Source of the DNA: an uncultured delta proteobacterium
GTDB lineage: Bacteria > Desulfobacterota > Desulfobacteria > Desulfobacterales > QNYZ01
Assembly (NCBI GenBank): GCA_963845145.1
Contig: CAWJQU010000001.1
Location: 1-64,000 of the forward strand
Length of the DNA: 64,000 nt
Direction of reading: 5' to 3'
The notes under the pieces were generated by a model. That model ran no database searches, was not told the DNA's origin, and saw only the letters and a list, made by a program, of their open reading frames with translations. Positions within the stretch are counted from its first letter, which is position 1. Each line of letters begins with the position of its first letter. Of this stretch, positions 10,457 to 19,926 are shown piece by piece. The position numbers were made by a program, and so were the translations under genes.

Positions 10457-10630
10457 AACCGTATTTCTTCTCAGTGGCTTAATACCATTAGGATTGGCTA
10501 TGCAAAAAACGCATGCAGCTGCATGGCTATGATAGCACTCCTCTCGAAGTAATAATTTTTCACATGTATAGTTGACTGCTTCACTTGAAGAAACCGTGTT
10601 GTCAACAGCCAGAAGAATTTTTTTCGTCAT
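10457..10630 (-). pseudogene. N-terminal fragment of a universal stress protein
   Basis: MTKKILLAVDNTVSSSEAVNY is a typical USP start; it then degenerates and collides with the permease fragment. Confidence 0.6.
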
Positions 10631-10993
10631 GACAAGACAACCTTTCTGTTTGAAAAACATAGTAACCATCTAAAAACTGCGCCGTGCGCCGGGCCCACTA
10701 TCTTGCTTCATAGAATTGATTATTATAAATGAGTATAGCTACGTTTGGTCGGCATCACTAATTGAGCAGGCAACCTTCAAAATTCCTAAACCTACGGTAA
10801 TTCCTGAAATGTCGTCTGTCTATGATTATAAATATTCTCTAAGGTGAATTCATCTTAGGTTTTTAATTAAAACCAAATCCGTTAAAGATCAGTTAATTAA
10901 TAGTCGAGACGATACTCACACTATTTTATACCCTTTTGAATCGGATCCTTTTTTCCAGAATATTCTGGATTGGTTTCCTATATTAGAAAGTTG

Positions 10994-11010
10994 TGCAAAA
11001 CATGCGCCAA
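10994..11010 (-). promoter_or_regulatory. sigma54 (-24/-12) promoter
   Basis: Minus strand reads TTGGCGCATGTTTTGCA. Confidence 0.7.
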
Positions 11011-11079
11011 AAACGACAAATTGCATAACCTTCTGAATTAAATTTATAAATTATCCTAAAAATTATTAAAGGTCTCATG

Positions 11080-11111
11080 TGTCAGCTTTTTTTACAGACT
11101 GGAAAAATTTA
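11080..11111. promoter_or_regulatory. Putative enhancer-binding-protein site, copy 2
   Basis: tgtcagctttttttacagactggaaaaattta; about 70 bp upstream of the second sigma54 promoter. Confidence 0.65.
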
Positions 11112-11751
11112 GGGTGAAGATACTTTAAAATATAATAGCCTACTTTTTGCATCAAGCAGGCTAGCCTTATACTAATCAAGGTGAATCCTAAACAGTTTGC
11201 TACCCATCAAATGAAAATTACAAACAGGAATGACAACCCATTAGTAAATACCAAATCTAAAGATTACAACAAATTCGGAGATTTTCAGATTTTGGATGTT
11301 TTATGATTATATCAGTAACAAAATGGTTTGGTTGCAATACACAATATATTGTATGTGCACCGTCTGGTGTACAATGCGGAAGTCTTGCATCAGTCTCCTT
11401 TGATATCCCTCCATATTCCAAAAATATCACTCAAAGTAGAAACTGCTGATAAGTCTGAGATATCTGGATCCCGTTTTTTTAAATATTTCCCAGCCCCCTA
11501 TCTGTTTCGAAGTTGCATTCAAAGTATACTCACCTTACCCAATTTCAGCTCTGATGAGGACAGATTGGCCACCCATTTCGGTTTGTAAAAACCCAATGCA
11601 TGGGTTTTTCCTCAATTTTGCCGTTTTAATTGATTATTTGTTATTTTAGCCATTTATATGATTCCAAACTTTTAATTGGGTAAACTCCTACGAAGCTGTG
11701 ATGCCGGTCTACGTTTTGGGATCTCCAGAGATTGAACACCCCCTCCCCGCT

Positions 11752-13167
11752 TCAAATGATCGATAGCTGCTTTGGTTTCAGTCTACTCGTTCCATCTTCA
11801 AAACCGGCAAGCCGATACTGTTTGCATCGATCACGAAAAGATTCCTTCAAAATCATCGGTCCGTCCACATAATCAAACAGCCTGGCACATGTATCCATTT
11901 CATCGGATTGATTCAGCAACAACTCCATGATTGAGCTGATCAGCTTTGGTTCCCTTAATGGGGTTATGAGGAACAGACCCCTCACTTTTGTGCCTGCAAT
12001 CCAGCCAAGTCCCTTGTATGTCAGCATCACCACGGGCAGGGCGCCCGATCTAAATCGCTTTATAGTCTTTGAACGCTGTCCGGTTGTCATCCTGGCAGTC
12101 AATATACCAGCCTCAATGCCAACTGATTGTAACCAGGACAATAGGATTTCCAGGTGAACTTTTCGGTCCGAGACCACTACCAATCCACGATTGGCCTTTT
12201 CAGCTTCTATACGAATGTCATCAATGATCATAGCATTACGTGCATCATCAGTTATCATAGAGGACATCAGCGCTTCATAGTCTCCATCATAGATCTGATG
12301 AAATTCTGTGTACCGGCTGATCAATAACGGTCTTTTGCCGCCCATAGCCTGGAAACGCTTAGTATTCTCGAATTGATATATGACGGGCCCCAGATAAGAA
12401 GTCATCAACCCTGTCAAACCGTCATTTCTAACTGATCGGGTTGCAAGTCCTAGTAGATACCGACAATCAAAACGATTGACGCATTTAAAATAAGTTCCGA
12501 TATTAACCAGGTTGCAGAGATCCACGACAACGAACCCCACCTGGGCTTTCAGGCGCTCGATCATTCTGGGCAAGGAACGGGATGTTGCCAGAGTTATGAC
12601 TTCCCCAGGTAATGAAAGACCGCTACCGATCATACCAATCGCCGGGCTATCAAGTCCAAAAAACCGGTTGGCCATTGCCTTCCATTGATGTAGTTGCCGA
12701 AGGGTTTTGCAAATAATCAGAGCCGGCGTTTTCCTTTGGGCTATGGTGTATAAGGTGATTATTTTTTTCCCGCATCCAATGGACCCGGTAACAATCCCGT
12801 GCCCTCTTTCCCCAATAGCTGCAGCTGCTTTTATTTGTTCCGGTAGGAGCCGTCCCTTAAACGAAATGGGAACACTATCTGGACACCGAGTTCGATCTAC
12901 AACACGATAATCAACACCATGGCCATCAAGGATCTTCAGAAGCTCCGAAATGAACCCCCGCGTAATATGAAGATCCTGCCCATCTTTCCAGACACATCTG
13001 AGATGCCTGGTCACTTTCCGGCCGGCCCATCGTCTCGAATCTCGATACAAAGGATTGGTAAAGGTTAATAGCTCCCACAACTCATTCTGAACATTTTCAG
13101 GAAGTGAATTCTGTTTGATCGAGATCTTATTGTCTAATATTAGTTCAACCAAGTGAGACCATCCCAA
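11752..13167 (-). CDS. SF2 (DEAD/DEAH, ResIII-like) helicase-family protein with degenerate motifs
   Basis: FKGRLLPEQ Q-motif, GSIGCGKK in place of Walker A, VVVDLCN in place of DExH, LLGLAT..RNDG, and a C-terminal LFDYVD. Confidence 0.75.
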   Translation of the reverse strand: MGWSHLVELILDNKISIKQNSLPENVQNELWELLTFTNPLYRDSRRWAGRKVTRHLRCVWKDGQDLHITRGFISELLKILDGHGVDYRVVDRTRCPDSVPISFKGRLLPEQIKAAAAIGERGHGIVTGSIGCGKKIITLYTIAQRKTPALIICKTLRQLHQWKAMANRFFGLDSPAIGMIGSGLSLPGEVITLATSRSLPRMIERLKAQVGFVVVDLCNLVNIGTYFKCVNRFDCRYLLGLATRSVRNDGLTGLMTSYLGPVIYQFENTKRFQAMGGKRPLLISRYTEFHQIYDGDYEALMSSMITDDARNAMIIDDIRIEAEKANRGLVVVSDRKVHLEILLSWLQSVGIEAGILTARMTTGQRSKTIKRFRSGALPVVMLTYKGLGWIAGTKVRGLFLITPLREPKLISSIMELLLNQSDEMDTCARLFDYVDGPMILKESFRDRCKQYRLAGFEDGTSRLKPKQLSII

Positions 13168-13249
13168 CTAATACAAATTGTTCGATTCAGTCATTTAGCA
13201 TTTAATTTCAATTAGTTAATTGATAAACTTGAAAATTAAGATAGTTCCA

Positions 13250-13610
13250 CAGCGTCCCAACATCCCGAAAGCCTGGGCCGCATTATCTTTTTGTTATCAT
13301 TGCAGATAATATCCAAAATACCAGCGTCCCAGTATTTCAGAAAAAAACATATTGGTTTAGAAATCCTTTATGAATTTTCTCTACCCTGTCCCAGAACGCC
13401 TACATATTATATATATATTTTTCTTAAGATTTATATATATGGGACGATAGGGGCTATCCTCTTGATATCCTTCAATTTCCAGCGTCCCGACTGGCGTCCC
13501 GTGATTGGGTCATTCGAACATAACAATTTGTTATCATGTAATATATTTTATCCCAATTTATTTGATAGATCGGGATGGCCGAACCATCCTTAGACTGGGA
13601 CGATAGAGGC
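13250..13610. repeat. Iteron-like GCGTCCC/GGGACG repeats in both orientations around an AT-rich tract; putative replication origin
   Basis: GCGTCCC at 13252, 13324, 13482 and 13494; TGTCCC at 13387; GGGACGATAG at 13441 and 13597; TA-rich run at 13401-13440. Lies directly downstream of the primase gene. Confidence 0.7.
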
Positions 13611-13642
13611 ATTCACTAATAGGTTAAGCTGTCCTAATTTTT

Positions 13643-16444
13643 TTATTCGTTCTTATCATCAAGGTTATCAGGGCTATTGAGGCCACAAGCATCCAATGGA
13701 ATCAACAGACTACGAGGCCTTCCCCCCGCTATAACTCGCCGAACGTTCGTCCTGACCCCAGGCAGCCTTTTTAATATATTCTGTGTGTTAAAATTGGCCC
13801 ATTTAGAATCCTTGAGTAATTCGCGCTCAATCGCCCGAGGATCCATGAGCACCCCATCAGGAAACTTTTTCACTCCTTTTGCAGCAAGCAAGTCTTCTGT
13901 CTCCTCGTCAATGCTCCCATCATCATCCAATAATTGAGAAATTGTTCGTTGAGTACGAATATTTTGATCTATTCCTTTCATTTCGTTAAACCGGGTTGTG
14001 TTCACCCACACGACCGATTTCAGTATTGTGTCCAACAAATCGCTTTCATCAGATTGTATTTCGTTCGAACGCCTTGCTCCCCAATCGTTTAAAAATTCGT
14101 GTAAATAATGCTTAAAAGCTTTGTCAGGCTCTGGATCTCCGAGGGCGATCATCACTGCTGGTACTCGATATGCATCCACAAGCCTGGCGTCATATCCATC
14201 TATTTTGTCGACGGTCCCCATGATTCGATCTATTTTGTGAGTGGCCCACAAGACGAAGGTAACGATTCGCAGATGAAGCTTCTCGGCTTCAGATACGCTC
14301 GGTAATTTTGGATCTCGACTGTCATCTTTTTTGGTTTCAATTACGAAGAACCTTGATACTTCCGTTTGACGCTCTATCCCGGTTTCGATAGATCCACAGG
14401 CGATCATGTGTTTGATTCGAAAACGAGTGACTTTTTGATTTGCACTGCCCTTAACAACCAAACCACCCCGACCGCCACTTCTTAGAAATTGTAGAATCAG
14501 ATCTCTGGATTTATTTCGTTCCAATTCATCGATATACGCGAAACATGAGTCATTTCCGATCGCTTGCCTCAATCCAGCTTCGGTCAAGTTCTGTCCCTCT
14601 AATCTTAAAACCAGACGTCCGCCAATTGCTGCCATCGCTTCCAGTAAAATCGTCTTACCGGATCCCGCCGGACCGGAGATCCAAAGATGTGGCCGCCATT
14701 TCCAATATGATTGTATTTGTTGGCCAAGAAACCATCCAGCCAATATAAAAGCATCCCAACGTCCAACGAACCCCCACTGATTGAAATACGCCAGAAGTTG
14801 GTCTCGAAGTTCAACTGCCTTATCGATATTGAAGGATTCCAAAGAGTCGCGAAGCTTACTTATTTCTATCCATTTTCTACCGGTGTTTTTCTTAATCAGA
14901 CGAAGCCCAATCAAGGGCGAATGGTATTCGTCAAGCTGTTTTCCATCCCACAAATATGCCGTTCCACCATTGTTTATTAATAAATCGCCAGAATCTTGGA
15001 AATGAAATCCCTGTCCAAGCCATTCAATACGGCCAAGCTGTTTTTGTGCGGCCTCGATGATTATTTTTTCTTTTAAAGAAAGGAAAGAAGCCTGTCCTGG
15101 TAACGATTGCTGCTTTCGCCGGTAAAACTTTTGGGATATCTCATGGCCGCCGCACTGAACCATTTGTTCGAACGTCAGATCCCTCAAGGGTAAAATATAG
15201 ATTTTATGATTTGCCAGGCTTTCAATAACAATCCGACCGCTCTCATCTTCGCCAACAATATTTAGTGTTTCAGGTACCGCGATGGTAGTTGGTTCCTTTG
15301 AATCAGTTTCATCAGATCCAGAAACTCGGTTTTGGTTTTTGATTTCTATGGCTCTCGATAGAAGCTTTTCAAAAGCAGCCTTTGGTGTGCTGGAGGTTCT
15401 TAAAAATTCATCGATATCGTTATTGCCGTCGGGGATCATGACCTTTAAAGCTTGCCCACCGCCCTTCAGGATCGCGGTTGCATAACGATCCGTATATTTA
15501 TGACCAGCCTCGTCATTGTCGAATACTAAATAAAAGGTTTTTCCCCTGGAAATCTTTTGAATTCTCTTAAGAATATTGGTTGAATTGAAATTTCCGTTCG
15601 TGCAAATAATATTATCGTATTCGGCCTTACCAGCTATGCTTAAGTAATCATTTTCGCCTTCGACGATTATAACATTGTCAGCATTTAGGGCATCCTGCCC
15701 AAGGCAAAGCCATTCAGGATCAAAATATTTTTTCTTTATCTGAAACATTTCATGTTTTTGTGCGTTTCGCTTTTTGATCGAAAAACCTAAAATCTCATTT
15801 CTTCGAAGATGTGGATAAACATTAAACCCATTTGGAATAGTCGGCTGAAGTTTCCCACGATATTTTTTAATCAAACCAATTCCAGCAAGATCATTTATCC
15901 CAAACCCATCCAGCTTTTTGAAAAAACCAATCAAATCAGTTTTGCCGACATAGCCAATCTGGAACCGCTTCAAAGTTTCCAATGAGTGCCCACGCTCATC
16001 AGTTTGGTATTTTAAAGCGTCTGGAACGTTTAAAAGCTGTTCGTGATAAAAAGCAGAGACAATTTTGCGAACCTTGCGAGCTCTTTCTTGCTGCAATGGT
16101 TCGGGATTTTCCGACTTTTTTTCAGCTGCCACATCCGGTCGTATCGTTTTCCCGTTTTCGACTTCAATACCGTACTGTTTCGCAAGGGCTCTAGCAGCAG
16201 TCAGGTTATTTTCATGACCATTTAACAACCGCTCCAAATGGATCACATCACCTGCGCTGTCGCAACTAAAGCATTTATAGCTATTTGTAGCTGGATAGAT
16301 TGTGAAGCAATCTCGATGGGAGCAACATGGGGCTGGGTTACCCCGCAGTGTCTCCCCTGTTTTCTGAATCTCGGCTGAAGTGGCGTTGCGAATATGTGAA
16401 ACAATATCTACGGCCGACAGGACGGCTTCAAAAATACTGTTCAC
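13643..16444 (-). CDS. Primase-helicase (Zn-binding domain, Toprim, C-terminal P-loop ATPase)
   Basis: PCCSH...YKCFSC zinc finger, IIVEGENDYL and LVFDNDEAG Toprim motifs, ISGPAGSGKT Walker A, AYIDE Walker B. Confidence 0.88.
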   Translation of the reverse strand: MNSIFEAVLSAVDIVSHIRNATSAEIQKTGETLRGNPAPCCSHRDCFTIYPATNSYKCFSCDSAGDVIHLERLLNGHENNLTAARALAKQYGIEVENGKTIRPDVAAEKKSENPEPLQQERARKVRKIVSAFYHEQLLNVPDALKYQTDERGHSLETLKRFQIGYVGKTDLIGFFKKLDGFGINDLAGIGLIKKYRGKLQPTIPNGFNVYPHLRRNEILGFSIKKRNAQKHEMFQIKKKYFDPEWLCLGQDALNADNVIIVEGENDYLSIAGKAEYDNIICTNGNFNSTNILKRIQKISRGKTFYLVFDNDEAGHKYTDRYATAILKGGGQALKVMIPDGNNDIDEFLRTSSTPKAAFEKLLSRAIEIKNQNRVSGSDETDSKEPTTIAVPETLNIVGEDESGRIVIESLANHKIYILPLRDLTFEQMVQCGGHEISQKFYRRKQQSLPGQASFLSLKEKIIIEAAQKQLGRIEWLGQGFHFQDSGDLLINNGGTAYLWDGKQLDEYHSPLIGLRLIKKNTGRKWIEISKLRDSLESFNIDKAVELRDQLLAYFNQWGFVGRWDAFILAGWFLGQQIQSYWKWRPHLWISGPAGSGKTILLEAMAAIGGRLVLRLEGQNLTEAGLRQAIGNDSCFAYIDELERNKSRDLILQFLRSGGRGGLVVKGSANQKVTRFRIKHMIACGSIETGIERQTEVSRFFVIETKKDDSRDPKLPSVSEAEKLHLRIVTFVLWATHKIDRIMGTVDKIDGYDARLVDAYRVPAVMIALGDPEPDKAFKHYLHEFLNDWGARRSNEIQSDESDLLDTILKSVVWVNTTRFNEMKGIDQNIRTQRTISQLLDDDGSIDEETEDLLAAKGVKKFPDGVLMDPRAIERELLKDSKWANFNTQNILKRLPGVRTNVRRVIAGGRPRSLLIPLDACGLNSPDNLDDKNE

Positions 16445-16710
16445 TTTACTGTCCCAGGCTGAAGGCTTTTCACCTTAGACCGGGCACCCTTTTTTAACTC
16501 GATCTCAAGCCATTTTAGAAAAGAATCCCGTTCGATCACGCATCGCCGGCCGATGCGAAAAGATTCCCCGGTATACTTTCCCAGGGACATAAGATTTGCC
16601 AGCGTCCGGCTTTTAATCACGCCACCGGTCAACCGATCAGTGGCGATCCTCTCCCATACTGCCGGCAATTCATCCCGTAACCTTTCAATTAATTTTTCGA
16701 CTGCATCCAT
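16441..16710 (-). CDS. Small AlpA/excisionase-like DNA-binding protein
   Basis: 89 aa basic protein, SRTLANLMSLG...FRIGRRCVIERDSFLKWL; translationally coupled to the primase. Confidence 0.7.
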   Translation of the reverse strand: MDAVEKLIERLRDELPAVWERIATDRLTGGVIKSRTLANLMSLGKYTGESFRIGRRCVIERDSFLKWLEIELKKGARSKVKSLQPGTVK

Positions 16711-16857
16711 TTTTTACCCCTGCGCATTCATTAATTTCTTAATTTGGTCACCGTATGAAGCAGAGGTTAGAAAATAAAAAAGGGATTAACCATGAATTAT
16801 TTTTTCAAAGTCAACCCCCGATTGATCGAAAGGTAATTTTATTTTTTTGTTTCGGCT

Positions 16858-17763
16858 TTAAGGAAATCTCATATCTTCAGCATTCTTTATCATTTCCTCA
16901 ACATCATTCACATATCCTCCCCATTTCCTTATATTGCTATCATTGGCATCTTCTTTTATGTGACCCTTTTCTTTAACAACATCCCATAATTTAGGCCGCT
17001 GCGTCGTACGCTTGGTTAAATATGGTCCTATTTCCTCCATCGCTTCACGATAATATTTATAAATATTTAACTTTTCTTCAAGCTTATTTAAATCAACTTT
17101 ATTCAGGCTGTCTTTTCCCATTCGATGACTTTTGATTTCTAATAAAAGATCCTTTTCGGTTTTAAACCCTTCTTCCGCGGCAACCTGTTTTTTAATTCTT
17201 TTTAATAAAACGTTAATTTCATCATTTATTTCTTTTTGGTTTCTTGTAATGTCGATTTTGACAGTTACTGTTCCATCGTCCATAACTCTCGAACAGGCCC
17301 AAGTCTCGCAGTGTTTATCTGGCAAAGGTATGCACCCCCCCTTATTTTTGAAATCTCGGCGCCAGGACCGCTGAGCTGTGAGCAGATCTTCCCATTCCAC
17401 AATAGGTGTTTCCGCTAAAGTACTGCTTCTCCATCCTTCTTTCTTCCACCAGTCTTCGAATTCACCTGTAAAAACATCGCCAAATAATGTATCATAAACC
17501 ATTGTAATCATCTTCAATGGTCCAAATACATCTGGGATGTTTTCCTCCTTCACCGGTTTAAATGGGATGATTTCAAATGCCTCCATAAACTGATCCGGAT
17601 GGTCGTCCTCTGTAGGTGGGTATGATGAATCTGGATGTTTCATAGCCCAATCTCGCCGCCATTCGCAATATTCACAGTAAGGCTTGCTTAGCTTTAATGT
17701 TTCCCACCACAACCGATAGAACATCTTTAGTTTTTTTTCCGCTTCCTGTTTTTCCTCATTCAT
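16858..17763 (-). CDS. Hypothetical protein of the integrative element (possible regulator)
   Basis: Long AT-rich ORF between the integrase and the AlpA-like gene; start uncertain (17763 or 17832). Confidence 0.6.
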   Translation of the reverse strand: MNEEKQEAEKKLKMFYRLWWETLKLSKPYCEYCEWRRDWAMKHPDSSYPPTEDDHPDQFMEAFEIIPFKPVKEENIPDVFGPLKMITMVYDTLFGDVFTGEFEDWWKKEGWRSSTLAETPIVEWEDLLTAQRSWRRDFKNKGGCIPLPDKHCETWACSRVMDDGTVTVKIDITRNQKEINDEINVLLKRIKKQVAAEEGFKTEKDLLLEIKSHRMGKDSLNKVDLNKLEEKLNIYKYYREAMEEIGPYLTKRTTQRPKLWDVVKEKGHIKEDANDSNIRKWGGYVNDVEEMIKNAEDMRFP

Positions 17764-17893
17764 ATTAATAATCCCTGATATGTTGCCCTGATAGTAAGAC
17801 GGGGAAGGTCGAAAAGGGTTGCGACTTTTCAATTCGAGTGGCCAACTGAAAACATCTCTTTAAAAGATTTCCATCCTCAATTAGATAATGATT

Positions 17894-19126
17894 TTAATGC
17901 CGGTTTTTTATTTCCGTGTTTATTACTTTTTCCCTTTTATATTTGGATAAATTCGCCTCAAAGCGCCGTATAGCCCCCTCAAGATTCTCTTCAGCTAAAT
18001 GTGAATACCGTTCAGTCTGTGATAACGTACTATGTCCCATCAGTTTTTGGACCGTATAAAGAGATTCTCCACCTTGAACAATCCAGGAAGCGTAACTATG
18101 CCGGCATGTGTGAAACACCACCTTCTGACGTCGATCCTCAACGCCATCATTCAGCTTAAGCTCATCAACGGCCTTTGAAAATGCATTGCTAATTTTCCGA
18201 ATCCTTTTTCTATTCCTATCTGGAAAAACGAGATCATTAGGGCCTCTAGGCTCCAAGCGCTCAAACATTTCTTTCGTTTCCTCCGTAAGGTAAGCCGTTC
18301 GGTCTTTCGTCCCCTTTCCGTCCAGGACATCCAAAACGCCCCGATCAAGATGAACGCACCCCCACTTAAGGCGGAAAATCTCAGAAGCCCTCAATCCGCA
18401 ATGTAGGGAAAGCAATGTTATATTATGGAGTTGAACACTGCGGCTTTCCAGTTCACCCAACAGTGCATCGGCTTCATCATGGGTAAAGAAACGGATTCGC
18501 TTGTTATTAATCTTAGGTCGCTTGACCTGTTTAGAAGGCGATTCTCGATCAACAACGCTATCTCGCCTGGCCATATTCCACACTTGGCGAAACGTGGCCA
18601 TGACGTACTCAATGGACCTGGGGGATCGTTCGGCCGATAGCATGTTTTTTTTGACACGTTCAAGGTGCAGAGGATAGATTTTTTTAAGAGGTATATGGCC
18701 CAATACTGGCTTAAGCCACTTTTTATAATGCTCATCCTCTTTACGGTAAGATTCCCTTTTTTTATTGACCTGGGCAATCGGATAATAGGTGTCTTCAAAA
18801 AATTGACCAAAGGTGATGGCATTTTTTTTGAGTCGCTTTTTCTCCTGTTTTTTTATCCGTCGCCTTTCATCTTCCAGCTCCCTTTTTTCGGCCAAGGTCT
18901 GAGGGCCTTTTCCTGTCCTTTGATTGTTTTGCAATTCACTTAAAAGACCAAAAGTAACCTTTGGGGTCCAGCCATTGCTGGCCCATCCGACACCTTCCTC
19001 TTTTCGTTTGCCATTAAGCTGATAATAAATGGCAAAATAATGATCGAACTTCACTCCGTGTTTGCGAGTTCGATGATTTCGATACCGCACTCCAGGGAAG
19101 CCGGCACTTTTCCACTTAGAGCCCAT
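17894..19126 (-). CDS. int: Tyrosine recombinase/integrase with N-terminal arm-binding domain
   Basis: CGLRASEI (R), KG (K), FHTCRHSYAS (HxxR) and LMGHSTLSQTERYSH (H, Y) catalytic motifs. Confidence 0.95.
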   Translation of the reverse strand: MGSKWKSAGFPGVRYRNHRTRKHGVKFDHYFAIYYQLNGKRKEEGVGWASNGWTPKVTFGLLSELQNNQRTGKGPQTLAEKRELEDERRRIKKQEKKRLKKNAITFGQFFEDTYYPIAQVNKKRESYRKEDEHYKKWLKPVLGHIPLKKIYPLHLERVKKNMLSAERSPRSIEYVMATFRQVWNMARRDSVVDRESPSKQVKRPKINNKRIRFFTHDEADALLGELESRSVQLHNITLLSLHCGLRASEIFRLKWGCVHLDRGVLDVLDGKGTKDRTAYLTEETKEMFERLEPRGPNDLVFPDRNRKRIRKISNAFSKAVDELKLNDGVEDRRQKVVFHTCRHSYASWIVQGGESLYTVQKLMGHSTLSQTERYSHLAEENLEGAIRRFEANLSKYKREKVINTEIKNRH

Positions 19127-19148
19127 TTAATCCCCTCGCCTGAAAGTT

Positions 19149-19169
19149 GTCCATGAATAGTCCATGAAT
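19149..19169. promoter_or_regulatory. Direct repeat GTCCATGAAT x2, likely integrase arm-type sites
   Basis: gtccatgaat-a-gtccatgaat between the integrase start and the att core. Confidence 0.6.
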
Positions 19170-19295
19170 TTTGAATGAAACTCAGGGTCGTGACGTGACG
19201 TAGTTTGAAAATTAAATAGACGATTTTTTCTATGATGTCAATAAATAAACGTCTTTTTAGGAAGTCAAGTGATGTCGTGTGAAATCGACAAAAAA

Positions 19296-19344
19296 GGGAC
19301 TGAAAATCCCCGTGTCGGCAGTTCGATTCTGTCCCTCGGCACCA
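19296..19344 (+). other. att site: duplicated 3' half of tRNA-Phe(GAA), not a complete tRNA
   Basis: gggactGAAaatccccgtgtcggcagTTCGAttctgtccctcggcaCCA contains the anticodon arm, T arm, 3' acceptor strand and CCA. The 5' strand and D arm are absent. Confidence 0.9.
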
Positions 19345-19352
19345 ATTATATT

Positions 19353-19385
19353 AAAGGGTTACGATAATCATCGTAATCCTTTTTT
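19353..19385 (+). terminator. Rho-independent terminator after the tRNA-Phe fragment
   Basis: aaagggttacgat-aatc-atcgtaatccttt followed by a T run. Confidence 0.75.
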
Positions 19386-19926
19386 ATTTGGCAAACAGGT
19401 TTGTACAACCCATGTACAACTTTATAAAAAACCAATGGTCTTAATTGGCCATATTTCAATTATATTAAACATTCTAATTTACCCCTCATCGGTATTTGCC
19501 TCACAATCCCCCAAAATATGATCCACAACTGGTTTTAATATTACCCCATGAGAAACAAAAGCTACCATTTCAAAACGGTACCCCGATCCCTTTTCAATTT
19601 TAAAAAGTTGATATTGATTTCGCAACGTTTTCCAGATGTGATTTTTAAATCGTTTTGTACAGTATTCGTGTAATGGTAGCCGTCGGCACTCCGGATTAAC
19701 ATCATGATTTGGTGTTATCACCAGTTTTTAGCTTGTTGAATTATCTGATTTCTGGCAGGGTATTTGAAAGTATTCTGGGCAAGATGTTCTCAATTTATCT
19801 CAACATCGGCCGAACCGGTCAGAGACACAGCTTCGTATCAATATCACCAGCTGCAACCTGCTACATGAATTGATAATATCACCACTCTTTGAACTTACTG
19901 AAAAACTTAATTTGAGGGGGTTTTTA

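Larger units (their letters stand above)
11752..19344. mobile_element. Backbone of an integrative element (phage-satellite/IME-like) inserted at tRNA-Phe; the left boundary probably lies beyond the window
   Basis: Order is att (tRNA-Phe 3' half), tyrosine integrase, hypothetical protein, AlpA-like protein, primase-helicase, repeat-rich origin, helicase-like gene. Confidence 0.75.

Noticed and set aside
11350..11375. tgtgcac...tgtaca as the left att arm of the integrative element
   Set aside because: No tRNA-Phe sequence or att core nearby; similarity too short to support.
17894..19126. Integron integrase serving the attC arrays
   Set aside because: It has an arm-binding N-terminus, lies next to a tRNA att site and shows no recognisable IntI-specific insertion; it is a phage-type integrase.
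19279..19344. Complete tRNA-Phe gene
   Set aside because: Only the anticodon arm to CCA is present; the 5' acceptor strand and D arm are missing, so it is an att duplicate.
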